This document shows, in pieces, positions 24,844-37,700 of a stretch of 64,000 nucleotides of DNA (positions are counted from its first letter, which is position 1; each line of letters begins with the position of its first letter). Source of the DNA: Bigelowiella natans CCMP2755 (Eukaryota; Protista; Cercozoa); contig ADNK01000778.1 in the NCBI GenBank assembly GCA_000320545.1, positions 67,578 through 131,577 on the forward strand, in the 5' to 3' direction. The translations under genes and the position numbers were made by a program. The notes beneath the pieces are model-generated. The model had not been told where the DNA came from, made no database searches, and saw only the letters and a list, made by a program, of their open reading frames with translations.

Positions 24844-25133
24844 ATAGGAGCAGAATAGAATGCTGGAGAGTATCAAACATGACAAAGGGCCTCGTGCTTA
24901 TCGCTCCACGGCATTGTTACAGGTACGGCTTGCTTGCTCTCTGAGCCTTTAATAGTGTTATTTTCATCATCATAAAATCAGACAGTTGATATCAGCTGTT
25001 CAATCTTCTCATCTTCGTCTTGTTTGCATTGTGTTCATTCTTTTCTCAGGATGATGCTGCGGCCCTAGATGATGATGATGAGGATGAGGACGATGGTAGT
25101 ACCTACCGACCGAAACTTGAAGATTTTACATAG
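19314..25133 (+). CDS. Multi-exon protein of unknown function with N-terminal hydrophobic leader
   Basis: A frame-consistent chain of GT-AG exons (YKYPDFNGEFKAP, EEEKYLQELEALRKVKYESPLQLAYKLQ, FFLPEYTFYELLLSF, GWWYYHRHYNPKG, RWRDYEWERFAEW, ending DDDDEDEDDGSTYRPKLEDFT*). No family recognised. Confidence 0.7.
20460..20533 (+). repeat. (GAA)n microsatellite in an intron
   Basis: About 24 perfect GAA units. One of dozens of intronic SSRs of types (CA)n, (GA)n, (TA)n, (GAT)n, (TAG)n and (GCA)n across the window. Confidence 0.9.
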
Positions 25134-25417
25134 GGCTATATCCAAGCCCCTCAGATCTCATCACTCCTCAATGTTGTCGATCGAAGTGGTAACTTTTGAT
25201 TGGTGTACTTTGCTATGTTGGAGGAATCACAGCCAATCACAGGCCTATTATTGTGTACGATGCAATAACACGCATACATCTTTACCGACATGCAATGCAA
25301 GTAGCACGTTGCGAATTCATGGATATATACACGCAGCAGTAGCGGCCCACGTTTTGCACACTTTTGCTACATTGTACCGACATTCGATTCGTCGCTGCGT
25401 CGCCTCTTTATCCAGAT

Positions 25418-25517
25418 ATGAGACGGATATAAGACGGATGTAATCAATTAAATTATAATTAAATTCTTTCAATGGTCATCCTAATGCCGTAGCTATTCAA
25501 AGTAACGGCTACAGCGC
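25418..25517 (+). repeat. Structured dispersed repeat, copy A
   Basis: atgagacggat..agacggatg..gtcatcc..cgtagctattcaaagtaacggctacagcgc. Confidence 0.7.
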
Positions 25518-25550
25518 ATATGTTGCATTGTATATGAATCCGGATATATG

Positions 25551-25629
25551 TGAGACGGATGCAATTCAATTAATCAAGTAAATTTGCTCAACAGTCATCC
25601 TTATGTAGCTGTGCAATGCAGCGGCTACA
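25551..25629 (+). repeat. Structured dispersed repeat, copy B (tandem with A)
   Basis: tgagacggatg..agtcatcctta-tgtagctgtgcaatgcagcggctaca. Confidence 0.75.
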
Positions 25630-26321
25630 TACACGTGGCCGACGATTCTACATCAGAGCTTATTTCATTATAGGACAAATAGTGAACATTTGCGCTATAC
25701 AAAGGAACTAGCGGGCTGTGTTGTGCGTCGCACATAGCAACTGCACATTCGCTGTGGAGGTTTTACATAACATCTACGTGAGCGCGAAAAAAACCTGTGC
25801 TATACCTAGCTACGAAATCACACATCACCAAAAACGGTGACAAAAGAATACTGTTTAATAGTAATGTAGCAACATTTCGGTATTGGAAATGCATGACAAC
25901 AATAAAAGCAGTCATAGGCAGTGGTCCTGACTGTGCATCTATTTATCCAGGAAACATCACATTACTCAATTACGAGAAAATCTTAGCTATATCTTTGAAA
26001 TTTTTATCATAGACACAATCGAAATATGAAGTCCTCTCAACTGGATGAACGATGGGATGAAAAATTTGTGCAGTCATTACCGGGGTGAGTGTGGTGGATC
26101 CGAACGTAAAAAATTAATATAATTCACTCGTATTACCAACTTGTAAGGTTGTTGTTGTTGCTGGTAGGACTAACACTAGTATGGGATGATGATGCAGTAG
26201 TTCCGTTCTTGCTGAGATTGTAAAGAATGGATAACAACTATTCTTTGGAAGAGCGACCGACCAAATTAGCAATGATCACTGTCGGAAAATAGCCCAATGA
26301 TGTAATTTTCTCATCAATTCA

Positions 26322-27267
26322 TCATCTAATTCCTTCTTCTCCTGAAAAGCGATGATATTTCGCTAATTTTATCATTTCTTTGACTTGATCCTATAAAATT
26401 TCTGTGGTTTAAAAATAAAAAAGTAGCATCATCAGAGATACTCACTCTAGCTGTGACAATGTATGAATTGGCACATCATACACGTGATCAAACACATTAA
26501 TACCCTTTCCTGTGTTACACGCTGACGGGATCTCTTCCACGCTTTATCGCTTACGTCGAAGGCCACTAGATGAGCCATCTAGATTGTAATGAACGGCAGT
26601 TGTTAATTTATGATGGGGGCTAAGACAATAACAAACACCCTATTGTCACAAACGATGACTTCTACTATCAGAGGTGCAACTACCCATGAGCCGTTGAATG
26701 GATCCCCATTCTGACTACTCATTTGTTTTCCTAAATGGTAGTAGCAATCAAGCAGCAGTTAAGTCCTCCTCATCCATGATCGTAATGACCATGTCCGCAC
26801 AACAACAATGACAACAACGGCGACAACGGAGGAACAGCTGGAAGTCATCTACGATCTGCTGCTTGTCAAGTGCTTGTGATGTTGATTCCTCTAACATCTA
26901 GTACCAGCTTTCAGCTGTCTCTTGCTAACTCGTTTCTTGAACTTTGCTGCGTCGGTGTTTGCCTGTCACGTGAAGAACAAGCCTCATCACAAATACTACT
27001 CACCAGAGGGAATCAGTATCTGAGTCTTTGAATGCATACAAACGGATTAGTCCTCAGAGAAACATGAAGATTAGGGCTCTGCTAAAGTTATTCATCGCGA
27101 CGACATTATTGCTACACTACTACGACTACTTTTGTCCTTATGCCGCTCATGTGCTCCCTCATAAGGTGCAGGGATACGTGCACAAACCGACTTACTGAGA
27201 GCTCAGGACTGGAAAAAGATACATCACACACAAACACGTACAATATGAGGAAGGAAATGTAGAGAGT

Positions 27268-27317
<50 letters not shown>

Positions 27318-27766
27318 GGGAGATAGAGAGGGAGAAGGGAGAGTAAGTTTTTACAAACTATTGACTCTATATTGTAGGAGTTCCCTCAAGCATTCAGGCC
27401 TGCTCCTACCGCTACCGCTCTTCTTCCCATTGCAACCACCCCTCTTCATCCCTTACTCACTCTGTGTACTCCTCGAGGTATCTGAGCGCAATCTGAAGTT
27501 CTTGGAACGACATATCTTTTCCTTGACCTAAGTAACGTCAGCAGCATCATCGAATTAACTGGTCAGAGTTACGATTTTTGTGCCTTTGGCCATTTGCAAG
27601 CACTACTATATATTATTTTCATGCACTTTTCCACCTTTGCCCGCCAATGCGCGAAGATACTTTTCGAACTTTTTCCGGGGGAGTCGCCGGCCTTCTTCTG
27701 GGCGGAGTTCCATAAACCGTGCCACCATGGCCGTCTACACATCGATGACGATGAAATATTATACAT

Positions 27767-27841
<75 letters not shown>

Positions 27842-28835
27842 AACCCGGACCTGGAGCCACATGCTGAACTCGAAAACACCAAGGAATTCGGGGCTAAAAT
27901 AAAAGAAGCAGAAGAGAATATTTAGCGTCAGCTGTAATTAAATCGATCTTCGACTTCTTTGAACATATTGTTTCAGAGAAATTTTTTGTCCATTCTTCTG
28001 TCTCTCATTGTGGCCTTACATTGCTTTTTTCTCATCCGTTACAAATGCTCGATCGATAATCTGAGGGCAAGAGATCAATTCATCTGTGGAAGAAAGTTTT
28101 CATGTATGATTTTGAATGTGTTTTTTATCCAGGTATATTTTGCTACAATGTTGACACTATCTTCGATGCGCTGAAAAAGTTTCAGTTTCTTTTCCTTCCG
28201 TGGAGTTTGATACTCAAAATACTAAATAAAACTGGTACCCTATCAAGTTTTTGGTGGTACGTTCCCTCATCCCACTTGCTTTGCTTTAAGAAGATGACTT
28301 TCAGGAAGGTTCGCAACTAAATAACAGCCACACACGCACAGTAGGATATTAAGAATCAAATCTTTGAATGCGAGAAGTTTCGCTCTCTTACACACCTCTG
28401 CTGAGTTTATCTTGCTGGAATCGTTAGCATCAAATTTGCTGAAAGTGAAGGATAAGATGTGAGATATCCTCTGATGTGAGAAGTACTGAGTGATTTCTGG
28501 TTTTCCCTTTACATTCTACGTACTTGAAAATGGTCTTGATCATTTCGTGATTCTCTTTCATTAGGATCAGCATCTGAAAAGAGACGTATCAAAAGATCTG
28601 TGGAGTGCTGTGAGTTTTGGAGGGTTTCTTTCCGCCCAAAGCATACCTTGTCTCCATCGGCGAACTCCCGTATGTCGATCTCATCAGCCCTTCTGCACAG
28701 AGGGAATTGCAGGTAATGATTTTAGATACACATCCGTTTCTTTTTCAAGTTTCAAAGCCGTTGGAGATGGTGGACAAACCTGTCTTCGCTATCTTCTCCT
28801 CCAGGAGCCACTTTGGTGGCCATGCATATTCCCAT
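26322..28835 (-). CDS. EF-hand calcium-binding protein with N-terminal myristoylation/palmitoylation motif, multi-exon
   Basis: Start MGICMATKVAP. Spliced IKTIF-KFDANDSSKINSAE-LRTFLKVIF is a canonical EF-hand loop. Further helical exons (FEKYLRALAGK-GQGKDMSFQELQIAL). The 3' exon phases are consistent; the end is approximate. Confidence 0.7.
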
Positions 28836-29239
28836 AGTAACGGCCTAGGCTTTCGTTCGCAATGCGCGAAGATAGCCAAGGGTGGAGGGAGGTGGATGGA
28901 GACTTGCACTTTTCGCAACAAGGCTACAAAAGTTCGGATGGAATTTTTTCCCCCCTTCTTCGAACGATGCTAACACTCACCGCACGTACGTGGGGGAAGG
29001 TGCAAATGTTACGAATTCTGTCGGTTCCATGTCGTTAATAAACCTCAACAATCACCATGCATTTTTTATTTTATCTAGTCATTTTGCATGTCGCAGAGGC
29101 AATTCCTAGTTTGTTGCTCCAATCTCGGGGAGTTGACGAAACAGCCCATATCACGCTTCTGAGACAATAAAAAGGCATGTCTCTAAAGAGAAAACGTACC
29201 TGTCTTCTCAAGTCTATTTTCTATCGAGGTAATTTCCAT

Positions 29240-29700
29240 GGATTGGCGCAACAAGTGGCGCCTGGCACAAAAAACAATGAATGTGAAGCGCAGCGCTCCC
29301 GCAATGTGCTGGTGCGGAGCGCTGGATGACGTGCATGCAAATACGATCGATGAAGCGCAGGTCTGCGAGGTGCGACCACGCTAGCACGCACCGCCACGGT
29401 CAGACAAACGACAATGAGCTCGAGGTCGAGCTAGAGCACACAATCGTTGCACGCACGCACACTGCTAGACTGCGCCAACATTGCACACTGCTGTCACACA
29501 GCTGCGGACAATCTAGCAATGTGCATGTGTCCGCATCGTCAACGTGCGACTGGCGCTGCTAGCGCTGCATGCTGTCGCACGATGCATGACGCATGTGCAT
29601 GCATGCACAACTCCACGCTAGCACGTGAGCGCGACAATTTTGGAATTGCAATCATTGTGCATGCGGCACATCTTGACATGTTCCATTTTGCATCTAGCTT
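29240..29700. other. RY-alternating spacer directly after the LRR gene stop codon
   Basis: gcatgtgcatgcatgcac, gctagcacgtgagcgcg and similar words. Confidence 0.7.
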
Positions 29701-29706
29701 GTTACA

Positions 29707-32700
29707 TCACTTTTCGGTGGCAACGTCGTTGTCATTTGGGGGAGGTGCAACGATCAATTTCCCCTTGTGATTCAAGCTCACAGTTACCTTCACCTTGAAT
29801 GTGACAACATGAACACATTCACAATTAGAACAATTAGATCAAGAAATTTCAACAATCTTTCGATTGACCTTGGGCCCCATGCCTTTTTCTTCGCTGACCT
29901 CTTTCGCCAACACAGTTGGGTCCTAAATTTGGTTGAGTGTGCTTCCAGTAAACTAGAGCCACATCTAGCTACAAGTTGAGTTGTACAATGCAAACCTTGA
30001 GGAGCTCTTTGACCGCAGTGTTGAACACTTTCTTCTCTGCAGTTGATATTACTCCCATCTTGTAGTCTTTCTTAAGAGCCTGCAGGCAAATATAATTGGA
30101 GGTGGGCGATAGCTTCCAGGAACATCCACTCTTTAGACAGAGAAATTAAATTAACCACCTTTTTTAATTCTCTTCTCTCGTCCTCGTCTTCTCTCTCAGA
30201 AACTGTCGCGATCAAACTCTGCGAGTAACGCATCCCAAAAGTTTGTTCATTGTAGTTCGTTACAAGAAATTATTTCAAACGATGAGCACACAAAAGCGTT
30301 CCTTTTGTCATCACGAAAAACATCTGTTCTCAATTTAGAAAGAAAGAGAATTACAATGTGAAAGGGAAGGGATACTAATTAATGTGTGTCAGTGACCTTT
30401 CCATCAAGCCCGTGAAACTTGACGTACGATTCTAGGTGCTTTCTAATCTGAAATGTAGCTACGTGAAATTGGGTATTCGAGAAACATAACTTATTGAGTG
30501 AGTGGGGATGATGCTTGCTTACCTCAGCGGTTTGCAATGATATTATTGGGCTTTTTCCAACCCATGCCCTCACCTAAGGGTCATTTTGAGTTTACTTTCA
30601 TACCAGGATTGTCCCTTTCCAATGTAAAAGTTTTATATACACACCTGCTCTTTGGACCATAACATTACTGGAAAGTGCCATTCATTCTTGTAATCCCATA
30701 GGTCTTTCTGAACAATGCCAGCAAACGCATGAGCAATATCTAAAAATATTGCCTACGTACTATATTTCACTCTTTCTCTCTCTCTTTCCATCCCCCCCCC
30801 TTTCTCTCGCTCTCTATCTCTACTCCTCGACCACGTCTTCCCCTATCTTTTTGCACAAACATGTACATCCTAATCACCCAAACTACCTCGCTTTCAGTAG
30901 CTAATATAAACTTACACACGAATTTGCAAAATTTTAATATGCACCACGCCGCATTTGGTACACAGTACTAATCACCTTTGATGCAAATTCTTTTGATGGA
31001 GGTTTGGACTCGACTTCAAACTCCTCGACCACGTCTTCCCCTATCTTTTTGCACAAACATGTACATCGGAACAATTCACCTAACGCTACTGAACAGTTTT
31101 CTATAACTACCTTTGTGACCGTGGGGTCCAACCACTTCGTTGTTGAGACATGACCTATACCTGTCGTGGTAAAGGAATTTCAAAGTGTACTTAAGATACA
31201 TCTTCCTCTAGGTTATTATTGGAGGGAATCTCAGACCTATGACTGTGTGCTGGGTTTCTACTTTCGGAGCTTCTTCCTCTCTAGAGCATATCAGACAAGA
31301 TCATCATCGTAAAACTTCATTCCACTCGAAAAGTACTGTTTCCGACTTCTTTTCTTCTTCGTCATTTTTTCCCTCTTCTTCCGGTACCAAGCTTGTGGTT
31401 ATTGTGTCCTTCCTAAAAACGACACACGGTAAGAAGTTCCCCAATGTCAGGGGAAAATACCGCTTTCAGGGACTACCTTACCAACGTGATGTCTATTCCA
31501 AGTACTGCAAAATACCGATACCTAATCGGTAGTGGCGGAGAGGAGTTTATTTATTATAGGATGCAAGGTGCTTGTGTTTTTTTCATATGTTTTGAATCTC
31601 TGGCATCACTACCATCGAAGATCAGGTTTAAATTCCGTCCTTCGTTCTTCTTGGAATTCGATGTCACCTGCGGAGAATGTGAACCCATTCAATCCCTTTC
31701 AAAATTCCTCGCTAGTTCTCCGTGTCTAAAACTTCAACTTTGGTAAAAGTTGGCAAAACTACCTTCTTCAGGGTTGTGCACCATTGCCTTAGTTTCGAAC
31801 AGATCTCCATTCCCAAGCCGTACAATAGCGAGGAATTCCGAAGTGACATCAGTCTATGTTATTGCAATGTTTAATGTATGGAGAAGATGTGGGTTCTGTC
31901 TTCTCTAAAGCTCTGTTGACCTGGTAGCCCTCAGGCGGCTCTGGGGCCGTATATTCGAGAAGATTTTCTGGTATACTCGATATAGTCTTTATCGCAATTG
32001 AAAAGCTTGCCTATAGTTTGGAAAAAAGAGAAACAGAAGTAACCCAATCGCTTAATTTCTGTCTGAAGAATTTCGCTTGGAATATACCGTAGATGCGATG
32101 CCCGTGCTAAGTTCCTGTGCACCATCCGACCCGTGCTTGCCCTCACCACTCTGTATCTCATCGACTCCTGAGTGATGAAGGGACATGGTTTTATTTTCGA
32201 CGCCAGCAGCAGATATACTAGAATCGCGTTTATCTTAGACGCACCCTCCCCCTTGCCACTCTTTTCATCCGCTTTATCAGCATCCTCTGCGCTTGATTCT
32301 TCCTTCTCTGACTCCCTCTTTTGCTCCGCTGCCTCTGCATCGTCGTCGTAGATTTTCTTCGTCTTCACGCCATCCAGTAACTGCCAATGTTGGTGTAAAA
32401 TCAGAAGCTACTCAGATTATCTAGTTATCACAAAAGGCTGAGAATCTTCTGAACATACGGTGAGGGTGGGAACTGCCTCTCTGATGGCTTTATAGTAATG
32501 GGGAAGCAAGCAAATTGGATTTCCTAAGGGTGGTTGATGAAGGGTTGAAAAGATATTGAGAAGACATCGGTCCTTTATTACACCGAGGGTTGAACGAGAA
32601 TTTGAATTGCTTTGTACCGATGAGGAATAAGTGCCGCAAGCTTGTAAAGCTTTTGAGTTCCGACACCACATGTTCTGTGAGCAGGTAAAGGATGATTCAC

Positions 32701-34344
32701 CATTAATAAAATTGGAAAGAAACAAAGGTGTAGAGATCGGAGGGCTCATAGAGTCTTGACACAACCTAGATCTGTGATATTGTTGAAGCTGAGGTCTAAG
32801 GACAACAGCGATTCTCGTGCCTGTGAAATTGTGCAAGTGGAGAAAGAGGCGTGCGTTAATGTGCGTATGTAATTGAAAGCAGTGGTAGAAGGTCTGTATG
32901 AGATATTCAACCACCTGCCTCAGTTGATTCAGATGCGTAATCTTATTATAACCTAAACCTGTTGTTCAAAGACGTAAGTTAGAACTACGTTTTGTAGAGT
33001 CATACACTGAAGTAACTCACCCAGGTGTAAAACGGTCGAGGGGCTTGGCAGGAAAACATCCGTAATGTGATTATCGTATGCTTGTAAGATCTAACAGATG
33101 CATTGCTGTTAGGTCAGATTAATACAGCAAACTATTTCTATAGCTTTGGTGAGTATTTGACCGAGATCTTGTTGGGGAGATTGTCCACTAATTCGAGGTC
33201 GTTGTGGCTAACATCCAACTCTGAAACATGTCAGGATGAATTGAACGATGAGTCATGAGTCTCGTCTATCAAAGATAAGCAAATAAAAAAGTAAACTCTG
33301 CACCAATAAGGAATTCTGTACACTACAACCGGAAAGATTTATGAGCTCTGAAAGTCCTGAGTCTAATCGTGTCAACTCGTGCGACGAAAAGTCGACTTGT
33401 TTGAAGAAGGACAGCAGATACTCACTTCCGCGCCAAGTGACCTGCATGAAAGATACTTTTTATTTCATGCCTTAGTCTCGTGCGGAAAATGTTAACTGAT
33501 AGGTAATTATCGTACCGGTGGCGCTGATTTTGCCTTAACAATTCTACCCAATGCTTTTTCTCGGAGGTACCGTATGTGTCTGCATGAGAAGAACTATCAC
33601 AATTGATGACTCATTTCTGCATATCTACATTCACATATGCGACCTGAAAACCATATGGGATTCTAGATGTAATGATCTTTGGAGTTTTACGGCCTATGAC
33701 ATGACAGAACGTAAATGAAAAGTATATTCAGCATTGTTGCGGATTTATTGATCTGCTTAGTGGCTTTGTACCTGTTTGCTAAAACTGTAGTCTTCCTCAT
33801 CAGCATCCTCCTGAGCACGGAAAAAAGTTTTTCGAAAAGAGAAGCTTATTATGAAATGAAAATATGCTGAGCGAGGTTCGCCTTACTTTTCTAGTCTCGT
33901 CGTACGCAAACTTCGGGCCTGGTCTTGGTTGTTTGACACCTCGAATCCTAGCACAGAGCAGTGACGTAAGAAAATTATGAACTTGAGAACTTGTTTGGAG
34001 TATGCTTCCACCTTTCATTCGGGATTCTATCGTCCACATCGACGATGCACAAGCCATCGATCTGACAGCAGAGCGATAATATTACGTTATGACTTTCGCT
34101 AATGAATCGCCATAACATTGATATTTCACCTTCTTCCATAGAAGATGGCCAAAGGTCACCTCCATGTTACTTTGTTTGTCGAATGGGACGTTCGGATACA
34201 CAAAGCAACTCGCTTTCAGAAAGCAAATAGTGCCTGTCTCACACCGAGGCGCTGTGTCAGTTATGGTCGACGTGTATGTAACGGTTAACTCTGTAATCCA
34301 GAATCCATCGGGGGAACATCATCTTCCAACTTGGAAGAAGTCAT
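29707..34344 (-). CDS. Leucine-rich repeat protein with LRRcap and long C-terminal region (LRRC43-like, tentative), many short exons
   Basis: Exons give LINLS-ELDVSHNDLELV, ILQAYDNHI, LHLGLGYNKI, LLSLDLSFNNITDL, LRHLFLIGNPICLLPHYYKAIREAVPTLTLLDG (LRRcap), then an acidic linker, ending KLIVAPPPNDNDVATEK*. The start is uncertain. Confidence 0.8.
30822..31067. repeat. Exact 48-bp direct duplication (30822-30869 = 31020-31067) of exon sequence
   Basis: actcctcgaccacgtcttcccctatctttttgcacaaacatgtacatc occurs twice. Confidence 0.9.
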
Positions 34345-34789
34345 TATTCGGGAAGCAAAAAGTTCTTCTCAGTTGGCTTTCACCAAACTTGTCCAAAATA
34401 TATCCTGAGAATATCTTACATCTATATGGACGGTTTTCTCCGAAGCAACTGCGGTTTGCCAGAATTTCCAGAATTGTGTTGTTCTTGTTGTTTCACTGCC
34501 GCAAACCTGGAGAAGACAACCAGTAGAACACAGGCTTAAAAAAAATGTGCAATCTTTTAGCATTTTGTTGGATATTTCCAGCTCACATGGCTACCGACTA
34601 TTCTTAGACACCATTGATTTTTCCACATAATAAAACAAATAGGCTGCACATGTATAGATAAAATGCCTAATATTTCTTGACAGAAGACTCTTAATTCACA
34701 TAAGCCAATATCTATCTCCACTCCCTCGATCGCTTCATTGGCAAAAGACAAGCACTCCAAAAGGGTGCACCCCTTACGTGGCATCTAAG

Positions 34790-37700
34790 ATGCAGAAAGT
34801 CCGAAGCATCTTCGGAACTCTTTTAGGCCGCAAGAGGACCTTCACCTTTAAGAAACAGGATGTGGAAAAGGAGAACCAGAGGCAGGCACAAGTAAGAAGC
34901 CGGCTACGGTGGCAGGAAGATCAGTTCTTTACAACTTCTGCTTCTTGTAGGTGTGGAAGGACGTTGTCGAACCGATGATGAAAATATTCGAGACTGGAGA
35001 CTACAAACGTAACTTGTGACCACTCTCACCTCTCGCGCTCCTCGAGAAATCTCATTCTTCTATCATATTTAGATGATGGTATACCGGATAATCCCTTGAA
35101 AGATGATAACTCCGAATCCACTAGTAGCAAGGACAAATCTGATCATAGAAGGAGCTCATTCAGAAGCAGTAGATCGAGTGTTTCCCTTCCCTCGAACGAG
35201 TTGGATCTTGAAGTCACGGCAGGAAGCAACCCCACTTCATGGGTTCTACTTATTGGCGATATACAAACTATGATAGTTGTACTATGACTTGTTGCCATTT
35301 TACTTGCAAAAGCTCTGCTACAATAGTTACAAAATTGAAGTAAATAATAAGCTTTGGTGCTTTGCTCAGAACTATGAAGATCTCGATTTTTTTCCTCCAT
35401 TCAATTTATTCCATCATGCCAGACACCTGAAGAAAAGCTCCAAGAATACTTGAAGCACAACGAGGAGGTAAACTTTATAATAAAATTATACGAGATTTAG
35501 GAATACTCACGATTTACTTTCTTGCGCGCGCAAATTTTAAGATCGAAGAAGTCAACGCCAAGATAGAAGTGGCTTTTTACACACCCCAAGACCCACAGGT
35601 TCACACAGACAGCAAGACTTTAGAGGTGGGGAACGCATATAATCACAGTTGTGCAATGATATCTAACAGCAAACCTCAAATTTTGCCCAACGTATCAACT
35701 TCAGGCAATGCATAACAAGTTGAAAGAGTTATCTCTGGCGCTGGTGAACACTCAGGAACAAGTCTACGAGGCCCTTTGTTCGCGATATCCGCTTCTTTAC
35801 AAGTCAGCCTCCTTTTCCTCCCCTCTTCTTCGCACTCTATATTCAATATTATTCTAATCGAAGCAAGGATTCAATGAGAATATAATTTCAGGCATAATGT
35901 ACACCCTTCACGGATGGTCGTTTATCACTTCGCGAAGAAGTATCGCTTCCTATATCGCCAAGGAGGAGAATGTGCATCACAGGTCTGCCAGGCGACACAA
36001 GAGAACTACATTGCATGTTTATGGTGATCACGGATATATGATCCCCCCCCCCCCCTTCATATTGTCAGATTCGAAGTCTTCTGTGGGAAGTGTGCAGTCT
36101 CTCTGAGGTTGAGAAAACGAAGTACAAGTCTTTTGAATTTGTGCCTACCGGCGCTGGTAAAGATGGTGGAGCTGGAATGAAGACTGGGCCCTCCGCATAC
36201 TTTGAATCTCTTCTAGCAGAGTCAAAGTACTTCCCATGTGCTGCGGATATTAATGATAATGGTTATGAATGGCAGCGAGTGATGTCACGCTATGATATAT
36301 TACAACGAAGCTTTGATCTTTTGTCATGCGTTGGAACGACTTAATTAATATGTCCTTCTCCTCGCCAATAACAACTTAGAAAACATGAAAATGACACGGA
36401 CCTTCAGTCGAAGCAGAGGCTAATACTAGAGCAAATCGACAAGGACATTCATAGAACCCTGGCTGATGAAAGGTTCATCATCTTGCGTGCGTCCACACAA
36501 TCCCCCCACCCCACCCTACCTTTCTATATAAAATATATGACATATATTTCTTCCTCCCTTTTCATTTTCTGTAACAATAAATCATGCGGCACGTCAATGA
36601 ACATACAACACATAATGACAGCTACTTTGGGGAGCACGAGGAGAATAACCTGAAGCTTCGTAATGTGCTAAGAGCATTCTCAATTCACCATCCAAAAATT
36701 GGCTACTGTCAGTCTATGAACTTTGTTGCTGGAGGTAAGTCTTTCTGCATTCAATCCAATATCTCTTACACTTTCTGATACTGACTTCTTTCGTCTTCTT
36801 CTTTGTCCTTTCCTTCTAATGCTATCTCTTTCTTCTCTTTCTGTTCCCTTTTGCGTGCTCACTTTTCGCTGGATAGGACTCCTGATGATCTTTGATGACG
36901 AAGAAAGGACATTTTGGGTCTTGTGCCGACTGGTATTTTGAGCTAGTTTCCTCACGGGAGAGAGAAGGGGAGAAGTAAGATAATGATGCAATGCTAATAG
37001 GAGTATTGTGTGAAAAACTTAGATTCTTGAAATCATGCCAACGGACTATTACTCCCTTTCGATGTCAGGGGTTGTAACAGACGTACAGGTAGCGCAATCA
37101 ATTCAACAATATGGATTCTTCCATAATCATTTCTAACATAATTTCTATCATCATTCTCTGAAACGAAAGCTTAGTTGCATTACTTGCAAAAGTTTCATAC
37201 TACAGCTGATCTATGTCATTGTTGTTGACCTTGTACTGTTTCTTTTCCTTCGTTTCTTCCTTTTATGATAAGGTACTGGGAAAACTTCTAAAGCAACATC
37301 ATCCTGCTGTGGATTCCTTGCTTGAGAGGCTCGAGGTTACATGTTGTTCTTGCTACATGATCAAAAAGATGTTCAAACACACATCCACACCTGCACGCAC
37401 ATTTCCATCATCTTCCTGGTTTTATGTCTGATTTTGTTAATATCATCCTTGCTATCATCATCATCTTGCTTGGCAATACTAATGATAACTTGCAGCTGCA
37501 AGTACCGACATTTATCCATAATAACAATTATGGCGACAACATCAACAAAAATAGCACAACTCCTGCACCTACTACCGCTTACGATAGGTGAAGTTGGAGA
37601 TCTTGTGCTGCCACATGCTGATGTCGCTGTGTTTTGGAGCTGCGCCCCTCCCAGTTGCACAGCGCTGCATGGACCTGGTATGGTGTGTGGGAGAGTGATT

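Larger units (their letters stand above)
25250..25800. other. RY-alternating spacer between convergent 3' ends; contains two copies of the structured repeat
   Basis: Rich in tgcaatgca/gcacgttgc words; no credible ORF. Confidence 0.6.

Noticed and set aside
25418-25629. SECIS interpretation of the post-stop hairpins
   Set aside because: No conserved AUGA/GA quartet across copies, and no in-frame UGA is needed in the upstream genes (the Grx and Trx active sites use Cys codons).
34778-34792. Opposed ATGs only 5 bp apart for the LRR and TBC genes
   Set aside because: The minus-strand ATG at 34784 could not be spliced in frame to the LRR exons; the ATG at 34344 fits better.
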